Source: Octopus sinensis (Eukaryota). From it: a DNA stretch of 64,000 nt. The notes below the pieces were generated by a model. That model was not told the origin of the DNA. It made no database searches and worked only from the letters and a program-made list of their open reading frames with translations. Below are positions 52,226 to 64,000 of the stretch, piece after piece. Position 1 is the first letter of the stretch. Each line of letters starts with the position of its first letter. The stretch lies in NCBI RefSeq assembly GCF_006345805.1, contig NW_021832993.1:6216-70215 (forward strand), read 5' to 3'. Both the position numbers and the translations under genes were made by a program.

Positions 52226-52580
52226 ATTCCGCAACTTTTTTTCATGTAGTATAATTTTCAGTATGGAAGAAATTATACGTATATGTTTGCATTAATATGC
52301 CTGTTCAGCATTACACAATACTATTATATATTCACAAATTAATGCAAATAAAGAAAGCTAACTGATTAGGTCACCGAAACATGTTGCACCAACAATTCAA
52401 CTCTAATTCAGAGATGTAACCATGATGTTCCTGTGATGTTATCAGCTAGCTTTCTTTATTTATATTAATTTATGAATAAACAATTGTAATGTTTAATTCT
52501 GAGCATGCATATTAATGCAGACATGTAAGCATAAGTTTTTTCCATACTAAAATTATACTGCATGGAGAAAGTTGTGAAAT
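52226..52580. repeat. Imperfect foldback with ~140 bp arms
   Basis: ...gcattaatatgc...aaataaagaaagctaactgat (left) versus atcagctagctttctttattt...gcatattaatgc... (right). Confidence 0.8.
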
Positions 52581-52621
52581 AACAGTATACTATGGAAGTC
52601 ATGTCGTTAAATTAGTATATA

Positions 52622-52874
52622 CTAGCAGTATCGCCCGGCGTTGCTCGGGTTTGTAAGGGAAATAACTATATAAGCATTTTTAGAGAGTTATAGCCAAAAA
52701 ATAGCAAAAAATGCATTAAAAATGGAAAAAAATGATGGTAAATTTTTTTTTAAATCGTTGACTCATCGTAGACATTTTTAGAGAGTTGCTTCCCTTATAT
52801 GATAGCGAAAAAATGCATTAAAATGGAAAAAATCGTAGGAGACAGACACACAACTTCACTTTTATATATAAAGA
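52622..52874 (-). mobile_element. Non-autonomous Helitron, short copy
   Basis: 5' TC, 3' hairpin cccg-agcaacgc-cggg plus CTAG, inserted between A and T. Confidence 0.85.
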
Positions 52875-53175
52875 TATATTCACCTCTCATACTTCCTGCC
52901 TTTTAAGGTCTTATATACTTCTCATTAAATGTTTTCATCGATCAGATGTTGTTCTTTGTTTTCATTTACATGGACACTGTTCATTACACTTCATTATAAT
53001 TGATTACTGTTAACCGAACCCATAAGGGCAGCTTTATATGATAACCGCACGGTTCTCTGAACCCATATCTTGTACTGTTCATTTTATATTGATGAGAATA
53101 TATTCTCTTACGTCTAAAAGCGCAGCCTACCCACAAAGTAGTAAAACACATACATTGTGTATGTGTGTTCGATAT

Positions 53176-53206
<31 letters not shown>

Positions 53207-53207
<1 letters not shown>

Positions 53208-54313
53208 GTGGCCTAGAAGTAACCCTATTAAATTTATTGAATATGGCTAATTGCTAATTATTCGCCCTCTTTCATTTCAGAGATATGTCCTCCCAGACGA
53301 CGCACTTTAACATTGGAAGAACGTGTTCATGCTGTTAAAAATTATTATTCATCTGGTCAGTTATAAAAATGTTATTGATCATTGGAATAAATCATTTATA
53401 CTCCAGTTCCAGCAAAATCGACCATCTACAAATTGGTACTAAAATTCGAAACAACTGGCAACGTTGCAGATGCGGAGAAACCTGGTGTGCCAAGAACAGT
53501 AAGGACTGTTGCTCATAAAGATTTAGTTGCCGCATCATACGTCATAAGCCCTCAAAAATCCCAGAGATGTTTCGCAATTGTCAGTACAACGCATCAGGTT
53601 AGAGATCGGATTGCGCTCCAAGCTCTTAACGAAGATGACGAAGACAGGTGTCTTCAATTTTGTGAAACTTTTGAGGCTTTTTGTGAAGAGTCTCCAGACT
53701 TTTGAACCACATTGTTGGGTCAGACGAAGCTTGCTTTAAACTAAATGGACGGGTGAATTGGCATAACTGCATCTGTTTGTCAGATTCAAATCCTCATAAG
53801 ACATTGCAACAGGAGCTTAATTTACCTGGTGTCAGTGTTTGGGGTAGCATTTGCAGCACTGGATTAACTGGCCCTTTTTTTTCTTAGCACAGTGACGGCC
53901 GAATCATATCTAAAAATATTAAAAAAGTTGTGGCCTATAGTGTCTCAACATGAAGATTACGCCGATTTGTACTTTCAGCAGGAGTGCGCCTACCTGTTCG
54001 AAACAATATGGCCTACCTGTTCGAAACTTGCTTGATGCACACTTTCCGGGCGGTACTCAAAAATCAGGTGTTCAGTGCTAAAGCAAAAACTCTCAATGAT
54101 CTGAAACAGAGCATCATAAATGCACGGCAAGATATTACACCGGAATTGTGCAAAAGAGTAACTGATTCAACCATTGAACGATGTCATAATTGTATTGCAA
54201 AAAACGGTTTACATTTTGAAGATTTTCTGTAACCTTGTGTAATGAAAATTTCTGTTCCAATTATTGGTAACCTTTAACAATAATTAGCGTTCGATTACAT
54301 CAGGGCCAACCTG
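53207..54313 (+). mobile_element. Degenerate Tc1/mariner-superfamily transposon (DUF4817-type)
   Basis: KFETTGNVAD..G.PRTVRT, SDEACFKLNG.VNWHNC, VSVWG..GLTGPFF and LNDLKQSI..CIAKNGLHFE; right TIR reads caggttggccc on the minus strand, next to TA. Confidence 0.85.
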
Positions 54314-54316
54314 TAT

Positions 54317-54411
<95 letters not shown>

Positions 54412-55108
54412 TATCGTCCAAAATTGTATAAAAGACAAAAATAAAAACACAAGACAGAGATAGGCGAAGGTACAACAAACAAGGTGTATCAATTTGACGC
54501 TCAGAAAAACTGAAAGAATCCTTGATGTTTCGAGCCCACGTGCTTCTACAGAGACCAATTTTCTGGTATCCTTGGTTCCAAACTAGTGTCGGATTATCCG
54601 CTTTGCCAGAGAAGACATCTCCTGTTAGTAATTCCAAGTAAATTGACTACTCCCATAATGCTAATAATTGTTTCGCTCCTAAATCTTCATGACAACCGCG
54701 GTTTATTCTCGAGAAGCAGGTTATAAATTTAGAAACATTCTTAGAATCTTTCAACTACAAAAAAGGTACAAAAATTTAAAATTAAATCTATTGTTACCTG
54801 CTAATTTCCTAACCACTGGATCCACCTTTGGGGATACCTCTTAAAAAAAATAACTCTAAAGAATATATATTTACTTTTTCCTCATTCATACCGAGTCAAT
54901 GTATTCTCTGCAGTGCAGATAAGTTTTGCATTAACATGCTTTTTGGGAGAGAGGGTCCTTAGGAGATTAACATACAGGATTATACTTAGATCTAAGCATT
55001 CACATTATTATATTAACAAAGTTAGATGTAGGAAAAGTGTTTCCGCTTCCATGATATGTTACCCTCCCCTTCCCCTACCATTATCTTCATCATCATCATC
55101 GTACCTAA

Positions 55109-55623
55109 TCTATATATATATAAAACTGTAGTTGTGTGAGTGTCTGTCCCCTTCGATTTAGATTCCTAACTACTCCCACATTTTGCGGTGCAGTTTAACC
55201 AAATTCGGGTATCCTATAGTCGTGATTCATATCGAGCCCGTCTGAGTATTAGCGCGCGTCTACGATGAGTCTACGATTTTAAAAATAATTTAACATCATT
55301 TTTTATTCCATTTTAATGCATAATTTTTCGTGTGTTGATGGCGGCGGAGTTGGCGTCCATGGTCACACCTGCACCTGTTTGCTTCTCCCCCTTCTTCCCT
55401 CCCTCGTGAAGCTGTGGGGAAGGGAGTGTAAGGAAATCAACGTGGTAAAGCGTTGTCAAGGAGACCAGCGTTCTTTTAGAACAACGACTTTATGGCTTGA
55501 AGACACCAAAACAGAAATGGCTAAGAAAGCCCGAATTGGCATCTATAAGGGAAGTAACTCTCTAAAAATGCTTATATAGTTATTTCCCTTACAAACCCGA
55601 GCAACGCCGGGCGATACTGCTAG
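55109..55623 (+). mobile_element. Non-autonomous Helitron, long copy
   Basis: A|TCtatatatataaaactgtagttgtg...cccgagcaacgccgggcgatactgCTAG|T. Confidence 0.9.
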
Positions 55624-55789
55624 TGAGTAAATAAATGTGTCACGAACAGTTAATAGTGAAAACGTTATTAATAATGGCTGCAGGAAATTTGTCTGGATTA
55701 AAAGTGGTACCAGATCATCAGATGCCGGCAAATCGGTAGTACGAGCGTGTGTGCGTGCGTGTGTATGTGCATATATTTATATATATACG

Positions 55790-55862
<73 letters not shown>

Positions 55863-55908
55863 ACACACACAATCGGTAGTACGTGCGTGCCTGGCGTATG
55901 TGTGCATA

Positions 55909-55984
<76 letters not shown>

Positions 55985-56775
55985 GTAATGTGTTGATATA
56001 TGTATGCATGTATGTATATATGCATACAACTGAGAGTGAAAAACCTCTAGTCTTTGTTAGACATTTCTCTAGAAGAAGAAAGACTAATGTAACACTTTCG
56101 ACTTCGTTTGCACCTAATAATCTTAATTAGTTTCTTCTGGGCAAATGCTTAGGTTGTTCAGAGAGTGGGATTGGCTCAGTGTAAGGCTTTTCCTCACATT
56201 AAAAACTCCAGGGAATACATCATTTGGTTTTTAACATCTATATTCTATGTTGCATACTCTGGCTGGTCATAACCGAGAAAAGCAAAGCATTCAGTGAAAA
56301 ATTCCATGATGGACTGAAGGCATATGTCTACTTGGATAATTAGCTCTCTGAACACCTGATGAAAGAGGCGCCCATCATTACCTTGTATGTGCAAAATGGT
56401 GTAGGTCCGTAGCAGAACTGAAAACACACACACACACACGCACACACACACACGCACACACACACACGCACACACACACATAGTTATAAATGACAGGCTT
56501 CTGCACAGTTTCCGTCTACCAAACTTACTCAGACAGTATTGGTCAACCGGGCCTTGTCTAAGGATGTAAATGTGAGTGAACCGGAATAGTTCAAGTGTAC
56601 GGAAAATCCTTCCGGCCGATGTATAAATATGTATACAAGCATTCATGCGGAGATGTACAAGATTGGGTGCATCCATGCATATGGACACGGATATGTGTAA
56701 ACAGTCTAACGCAGGTTCAGTGTATACATATAAATATACGGTATTCGTTTCAATACACGCGTATTTACCGAAAAG

Positions 56776-57646
56776 TGAAGTCAGTCGGTTTAGTAGTCAT
56801 GAGTGTTCAGCTCACGATTGTAAAGTTGTGTATTCAATTTCCAGCGACGCGTTGTGTCCTTGACCAAGACGCTTTATTTCCTGTTGTTCCAGTTCACTCG
56901 GCTGGTAAAAATGACTTATACCTGTAATTCAAAGGGCCAGCCTTGTCACATTCTTCTGTCACACTGAATTTCCTTGAGAACTACGTTAACAGTACACATG
57001 TCTGTGGAATGATCAGTCGTTCTATTGGGTTGTCCGGAAAGTTAGTGCCAATTTATAGTAGCTTACCTTTCGATTTATTTTAGAACGAGGTTGAGTCCAT
57101 AAAATAGGATTTCACTACATCTCCATTTAGAGAACAGTTTAAGCTATCTTTTCGTGGAAGAAGGTTTATGTTCTTATAACCTGTGTTAATTTTGTAACCC
57201 TTTAAAATGGAAGGTAAGAAAGTTCATTTTCGGTACTTGATGCTTTGGGAACCAGACAAAAATTGCTACAGCTCGCCTGGAATGTGTTACCCCACCCTCC
57301 ATATTTACCAGATATTGCTCCTTCGGATTTCCACTTATTCAGGTCTCTGCAGAATAGTGTTAATGGTAAAAATTTCAATTCCTTGGATGACATAAAAAGA
57401 TACCTTGATGAATTCTTTGCCATGAAACCACCTCAATTCTGGGAAGAGGGTATTTTCAAGTTAAGGGAAAGATGGAGACGCATTGTGCAAAAGAATGGTT
57501 CATATTTGATTGATTAAAGATGTAATGGCAAGTATTTATTGACCTTGTTCTTTCCTTTAAACATCGGCACGAAGTTTCCGGACAACCCAATAATTGATCG
57601 AATCAGCTGAAAAACACACGTCGTCGTAACCGACGGAGTAACAGTT

Positions 57647-57652
<6 letters not shown>
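56776..57652 (+). mobile_element. tRNA-derived SINE (family C) split by a mariner
   Basis: Collinear with the uninterrupted copy at 59830-60135 (gcgttgtgtcctt...aagggccagccttgtcac...gagaactacgttaa...cgtcgt..gacggag). Confidence 0.8.
57025..57590 (+). mobile_element. Internally deleted mariner (Mos1/Hsmar-like, D,D34D group)
   Basis: TIRs ttgggttgtccggaaa / tttccggacaacccaa, TA duplication, and C-terminal ORF HPPYLPDIAPSDFHLFRSLQN..L.ERW..NG.Y. Confidence 0.95.
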
Positions 57653-57722
<70 letters not shown>

Positions 57723-58183
57723 TGAAAACACTGTGTATAAAAGTAGGCATTGAATGGCATAGTGTCAAGGGAGGAATTGAAACAACTATCTGCGTGTATA
57801 GGAATTTAAATGGATATCTCCGCGCAGAGAAAAGAAAGGGAATCCACTGCAATGCATTGAATACGAACGGTTTCCATGATGGCAAGTAATTTTAAAGAAG
57901 GTAAAAAAAAAAAATGACTGTTGAATTGTGTTATCAGACCATCACCTTTCCTCTGTTTGCATTAGTTTTTCTCAACCGTGGTTAAGATTGATCTTGGGTT
58001 TACATAAAATTTTGTTGTTAAAATATATGTGCTATATATATTATATATATATATATTATATATATAATATATATTATATATATAATATTAATTGAGACAA
58101 AACCACTATTATGCAAATCAAACAAAGAAAGACTTAATCCAATGCATAAAAATTTTATATAAATTAAATAAAATTAAATTCGC

Positions 58184-58227
58184 CACTACAATTGTTTCGT
58201 GTCTCTTCTAAGGACATTCATCAGGTG
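58184..58227 (-). ncRNA. Minimal type I hammerhead-like motif within a Penelope-like fragment (58088-58310)
   Basis: CAC-CUGAUGA-A-UGUC[loop]GACA-C-GAAAC-AAUU-GUA-GUG; A.C mismatch at the base of stem II. Confidence 0.6.
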
Positions 58228-58349
58228 ATTCAGATCTTCTATTCTTGGATTCAGTCCTAAATCTGATTTTTCCCTGTAATTTGGATTTATTCCCTAATAA
58301 TTTATTATATATATATAATATATATATATTATATATATATAATATATAT

Positions 58350-58383
<34 letters not shown>

Positions 58384-58421
58384 GGCTATATTTCTACATA
58401 ACACAAACTATTTTAATTCTT

Positions 58422-58559
58422 AGCTTCCTTACAAACCACATGGTTCCGGATTCAGTCCCACTGCGTGGCACCTTGGGCAAGTGTCTTCTACTATAGCCTC
58501 GGGCCGACCAAGCCTTGTGAGTGGATTTGGCAGACGTAAACTGAAAGAAGCCCGTCGTA

Positions 58560-58590
<31 letters not shown>

Positions 58591-58815
58591 TATGTTTGTG
58601 TGTCTGTGTTTGGATACCCCCACCCCCGAACATCGCTTGACAATCGATGCTGCTGTGTTTACGTCCCCGTAACTTTGCGGTTAGGCAAAAGAGACTGATA
58701 AAATAAGTACTAGGCTTACAAAGTATAAGTTCTGGGGTAGATTTGCTCGACTAAAGGCGTTGCTCCAGCATGGCCGCAGTCAAATGACTGAAATAAGTAA
58801 AAGAGTAAAAGAGTT
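58422..58815 (+). mobile_element. Family A SINE, 5'-truncated
   Basis: ccacatggttccggattcagtccc through gactgaaataagtaaaaga. Confidence 0.9.
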
Positions 58816-58896
58816 AAAATATATGTGCTATATATATATAGGTTATATTTCTACAAAATACAAAATATTTTAATTCTTTTAATACAATTCTTAATA

Positions 58897-59288
58897 TCTT
58901 TATATATAAAACTGTAGTTGTGTGAATGTCTGTCTCCTACGATTTAGATTCCTAACTACTCCACATTTTGCGGTGCAGTTTAACCAAAACCGGGTATCTT
59001 ATAGTCGTGATTCATATCGAGCCCTTCTGGGTATTAGCGCGCGTCTACGATGAGTCTACGATTTTAAAAATAATTTACCATCATTTTTTTCCATTTTCAT
59101 GCATATTTTTTTAAAGGGAAGTAACTCTCTAAAAATGTCTACGATGAGTCAACGATTTAAAAAAAATTTACCATAGTTTTTTTTCCATTTTTAATGCATT
59201 TTTTGCTGTTTTTTGGCTATAACTCTCTAAAAATGCTTATATAGTTATTTCCCTTACAAACCCGAGCAACGCCGGGCGATACTGCTAG
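58897..59288 (+). mobile_element. Non-autonomous Helitron
   Basis: A|TC...hairpin...CTAG|T. Confidence 0.9.
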
Positions 59289-59829
59289 TTTAATTATAAA
59301 AACATAAGATTCTTTTAAGGATCGAATGGCTATGAATAGGAATCAAAGAGGGTCCAAAAGTTTTTTAAAAAATGGTTGAGAAACACTGGTTTACATTGTT
59401 CATGGTTCTGTGATTTTTCGATGAAATGAAAGCTGTCTATATTCCAAATTCATGCTAGCAGACCCACGATCAGAATGAATGAAGGACAGCCAGACAGTAA
59501 AGTGGTTTGTCAGAAGAGAGTTATGTATTTATTTACAAGTTTGATCTTTTCAACGACAGGAAAAAAGAAAAAGAGATTTTACTATTCATCGATATTTATT
59601 TATATACAAACATTAATGTCACGAGTCTCACCGATGTAAGCCGGTTTTCAAAGGTCATAGGCACTGTGCCCTTTATCCTGATCCGGCAATTTAAAAAAAA
59701 AACAACAACAAAAAAAAAAACACGCATGCTTACTTAGTGCTAGTATGGAGAGGACTCTTGAAATCAGAACCGTGTCTTTCGAAAGGTTTAGTTACCTTAA
59801 CTCATTTGTTGTAAGTCTTACTGAAGTAT

Positions 59830-60135
59830 TAGAGTCGCTAGGGTGTTCGGTTCATGATGTAAGATCGTGGGTTCGATTCGCAGCAGCGCGTTGTGTCCTT
59901 CAGGACACATAATTCATACTGTTCCACTTCACTCAGATGACAAAAATGAGTTATACTTGTAATACAAAGGGCCAGCCTTGTCACACTCTGGGTCATGCTG
60001 AATCTCCCTGAGAACTACGTTAAGAGTACGCATGCCTGTGGAGTGCTCAGCCACTTGAACGTTAATTGCACGAGCAGGCTGTTCCGTTGATCGTATCAAC
60101 TGGAACATTCGTCGTCATAACGACGGAGAGTCAAA
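59830..60135 (+). mobile_element. tRNA-derived SINE (family C)
   Basis: B-box-like gtgggttcgattc followed by the family C body. Confidence 0.8.
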
Positions 60136-60199
60136 GAGCCGTATTAAATATTGATGGTTAATTCGGGATAAGATTGAGTTGTTACTTCATATCTGCTGA

Positions 60200-62630
60200 A
60201 TTTTAGTGATGCTGTACCGAAAGCGGTGTCTTTTTACAAAATAGGCCAATCGAGTTCGTATTACCTGATGCCTCAGTTAATTGTGGCGTTGTTTCAACGT
60301 TTGAAGAAGGCCACTGAGATAACGAACCTGCAACGACAATTTGTGAACCAGGTTGATGGTGAATATCGAAAAAAATCCATCGCTTCCATAAGCTGTTTTC
60401 GAATGTCATCGTTCTTTATTTTAGAATGTTTACTAGCACCACATAAATAGACCCCATCACCACCACCACTTTTTTTTTTTTACTTGTTTCATCCTGCGAA
60501 CTGTTAGCAAGCAGGTGCACGACCATTAGGAAGCTAAAACTTCGTACATCGGTCACAAAGGAAGATATCTTCCTGTGAGATAAAAATTTCAGCTTTTGAC
60601 TGGCAATATCATTCATATTGAATTTGGTGGGATTCGAAGGAAGAATGATACCGGCCAGTCGTTTTCGCTAAATGTTGCACCAATAGAATATTCTGTCGCA
60701 AAAGGGATCCTATAACATCACATTTTATTGCTTCGGAGATCTTTATTTCATCCGATTTAGGAAGAAATGAATTGCATCTTCGTAAAAAAGTACAAATAAA
60801 AGAAAAAAATCAGTTATATTCTGAGAATAGTAACCAAAGAAATTTCCCAAACATTTTAGAATCACATTAATTCATTGTGGAGGAATTGCGAAGGAAGATC
60901 CGACGAGTTATATAAGGTTGAAGCGATTAGGAAGAAATTTCATAACCGAGAGTCGATAACTGAAATCAAATAAACTGTTTTTTCCATAGTAAAATGTGAG
61001 GCCTACTTCATGGGCTGGCTTTACTTTTAAACATGAGTAATTACCGTGTTGTTATTTTCCAGACTGTACTCAATAAAGATTTTTTTATCAATTATCTGCT
61101 GAAGACAAGATTCACCATTTGGAGCTCCACAGAAAGCCTACAGAACAGTCATATTCTACCCTCGTCTTTGGACACCATATATAAATTCTCAAAGTCTAGT
61201 AGTAATATTTGATGGTTTACAATTCCAGGATCCTGTGTGCAAAATGTTTTAAACTTGACAACCTATTGGCAAAATCAGAACATTAACTACACAAAGACTG
61301 TCTTTTGGTCCTGTTCTTGGCTACATGTTTTGTGTACCTATAACTGAACCCTTTATGTTGCTTTCTGTAGGATTCAATTAAACTGTTGGTTTTGGATACG
61401 AAATCTTTGCGACAAGTGAAAACAGGCTTTACAGTATAACTCAGAAATTCAAATGTAGGAAATGGTTGTTATATCGGTGTTGGTTTTAAGACAAGATTAA
61501 GTACTGGTTGTGAAATTTACGCTAAACACATTAAACTAAAAAAACACTTTTGAATGTCTCGACAGAGGGTTTCTGCCCTGTGGAAATGGGGAGGAATCTT
61601 CAATTCGATGTTTGAATAGCTTTTGTCTTGAAGTTTGATGGTAGTTGAGCATTTTTATGTTCGCACAGTTTTTGCATCGGTAGTTATAGATTCCTCATCG
61701 TGATTTTCTGTGTGGAAAAAGTGTGGATATTCTTCACATATTAGAATGTGGGAAGCTCCGCTGTTCATGATAGCAGTTAGATTAAGTTTGCCAATAGTTA
61801 TTGTTTGTGGTAGAATTAAATTAGATCCACCACTAAGTAGTGACATAAGTTTTGGTAAAAACTTCTGAGTCTTATGAAGAACCAGTTTCCTATTCCTACA
61901 AAAAAGATGTTGGTGAAGATCGCTACAACGTTTAGCAGACTTCTGTGTAACAGCTGTCTTTTCTTCCTTGATGTACGGACACCTTAAAAATGTATCTTTG
62001 AATGGCAAAAATAGAAATTCAACTAATTGTACAATATACCTTATACATTGAAGATACGATTTTCCACAGAAGTAACGCGTACGTTATTTTGTAGTTAAAA
62101 TTCTTTTCTTTTGGGCTTTGTTTGAATGCATGCCAAAGAATTTTCATTTAAATCTTTGTTTTCCAAAATTTCATTTTCCACAGTGTTGATAGCTGCAAGA
62201 GATTTGGCATAAGAGAAACAACTTTTATCGTCAGACCAAAATCCAAATAGCAAACCTTTTGATATAATAGCCTCACAGGCCAAGATCTGCTATTGCCAAT
62301 AATTCTTCACGAATGTCATCATTAACAATAACAGAGATTAAAGACTCACATACTAACTCTTCTTCATATTGCACGATAGTGATGTTTTTGCACTGACAGT
62401 CCTTAACTTGATGTTTTAACACTTCCAGGAAAATGTTTCAATGTTTTCTCCCAGTTTTGTCGGCGGTTTGCCAGAAAGCTGTCGTAGAACGAATACGAGA
62501 AGCAAATAAATCGTCTGATTTAAGTTTCACAACCAAACAATCATCGACCCAATTTTATTCATGGAGACTGCGTTTGTCTGAAAACAATAACAATAACAAA
62601 AATAATAGCATAAATAAAACAGGGTAATAA
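60200..62630 (-). pseudogene. Highly degenerate Gypsy-like LTR retrotransposon gag-pol remnant
   Basis: Gag-like LEVLKHQVKDC..QYEEELVCESLI..DIREELL, protease-like TAIMNSGASHILI (DSG motif), and RT/RNase H-like traces (FLSYTV, SDFA); no LTRs found. Confidence 0.55.
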
Positions 62631-62698
62631 TAGTTAAACAAGATGTAAAGCTGGATATTCAATAATATAGCCAATATTAAATCGTTATTATATTGCAA

Positions 62699-63067
62699 CT
62701 AGCAGTATCGCCCGGCGTGCTCGGGTTTGTAAGGGAAATAACATATATAGCATTTTAGAGAGTTATAGCCAAAAAATAGCAAAAAATGCATTAAAAAATG
62801 GAAAAAATGATGGTAATTTTTTTAAAAATCGTTGACTCATCGTAGACATTTTTAGAGAGTTACTTCCCTTATATAATAGCGAAAAATGCATCAAAATGGA
62901 AAAAATGATGGTAATTTTTTTTTTAATCGTAGACTCATCGTAGACGCGCGCTAATACCCAGAAGGGCTCGATATGAATCACGACTATAAGTTACCGCAAA
63001 ATGTGGAAGTAGTTAGGAATCTAAATCGTAGGAGACAGACACACAACTTGACTTTTATATATAAAGA
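62699..63067 (-). mobile_element. Non-autonomous Helitron
   Basis: Same TC / hairpin-CTAG termini on the minus strand. Confidence 0.88.
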
Positions 63068-63071
63068 TAAG

Positions 63072-63119
<48 letters not shown>

Positions 63120-63241
63120 TGTTTCTCTGTGTATCTTTTATCTTATACTGGTTTCGGCCATGCTGGAGCACCGCTTTGTAGTGTGTTTGGTCTACCTTCT
63201 GTAATGTATGTGGTATATCTATGTATATGTATATAATATAT

Positions 63242-63307
<66 letters not shown>

Positions 63308-63404
63308 CACACTATATATATATATATACACATATATACATATATACATATATGCATATATACATATAAACACACAAACTCACATATATACATACATACA
63401 TAAA

Positions 63405-63463
<59 letters not shown>

Positions 63464-63514
63464 TTATATATACAACACACGTATGTTAATATGTAGTAAG
63501 TCTATGTCCGGTCA

Positions 63515-63578
63515 TAGAGTAATCACTGGTTTCGCATCCACAAAGGGCTTAGCCCCATGGGTGTCTCATCAGACTCTA
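63515..63578 (-). ncRNA. Hammerhead-like motif (left half of palindrome)
   Basis: UAGAGU-CUGAUGA-[long stem II]-C-GAAAC-cagugau-U-ACUCUA; perfect 6-bp stem I, stem III mismatched. Confidence 0.5.
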
Positions 63579-63608
63579 ACGCCGAAGAGGAATATTTATT
63601 TTCGGCTT

Positions 63609-63670
63609 TAGAATCTGACGAGACATCCATGGGGTTAAGCCCTTTGTGGATACGAAACATTGGTCATCTA
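63609..63670 (+). ncRNA. Hammerhead-like motif (right half of palindrome) with an intact core
   Basis: UAGAAU-CUGACGA(63615-21)-G..AUCCA..UGGAU.C-GAAA(63654-57)-C-AUUG-GUC(63663-65)-AUCUA. Confidence 0.6.
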
Positions 63671-63727
63671 TCTATCTATCCTATCTATCTATCTATCTAT
63701 CTATCTACCTATCTATCTATCTATCTA

Positions 63728-63783
<56 letters not shown>

Positions 63784-64000
63784 GTCTATCTATCTATCTA
63801 TTTATCTATCTATCTAATCTTATCTATCTATCTATCTATCTTATCTATCTATCTGTCTGTCGGTCTGTCTGTCTGTCTGTTCTGTCTGTCTGTCTGTCTA
63901 TGAACGGACATAAACTTAATTACTTAATATATTACTGCTCTATGCTTTAGAGATTGTTCTTTTTTCAGATTTAGGCTACTTTGACGAAAAATATATATGT

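Larger units (their letters stand above)
57963..59388. mobile_element. hAT-type MITE inflated by nested insertions
   Basis: Ends tagtttttctcaacc / ggttgagaaacactg; 8-bp flanks gtttgcat and gtttacat (7/8 match). Confidence 0.7.

Overview
Gene-poor, AT-rich eukaryotic DNA made almost entirely of repeats. The tRNA-derived SINEs and very dense microsatellites look like an Octopus/cephalopod genome (recognition from memory, not a database hit). No intact host gene is supportable; most ORFs in the track are microsatellite translations. Main contents: (i) an ~18 kb same-strand, head-to-tail cluster of Tx1-like (L1-group) non-LTR retrotransposon units at 29.4-47.3 kb, with intact ends abutting (TATC)n and conserved 5'UTR hairpins; (ii) two tandem R4/Dong-like RLE retrotransposon 3' ends joined by (TACA)n at 9.8-12.0 kb; (iii) a ~60-copy 48-bp minisatellite at 12.6-15.5 kb that appears to be an amplified C-terminal 16-codon segment of an adjacent HERO-type RLE retrotransposon remnant; (iv) minimal hammerhead-ribozyme-like motifs, including a palindromic back-to-back pair at 63.5-63.7 kb; (v) Tc1/mariner, hAT, Helitron, RTE and Gypsy remnants, MITEs and many SINEs, often nested. 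Single-base indels are frequent, so some frameshifts may be assembly errors. Coordinates were read by eye; boundaries of degenerate elements are approximate.
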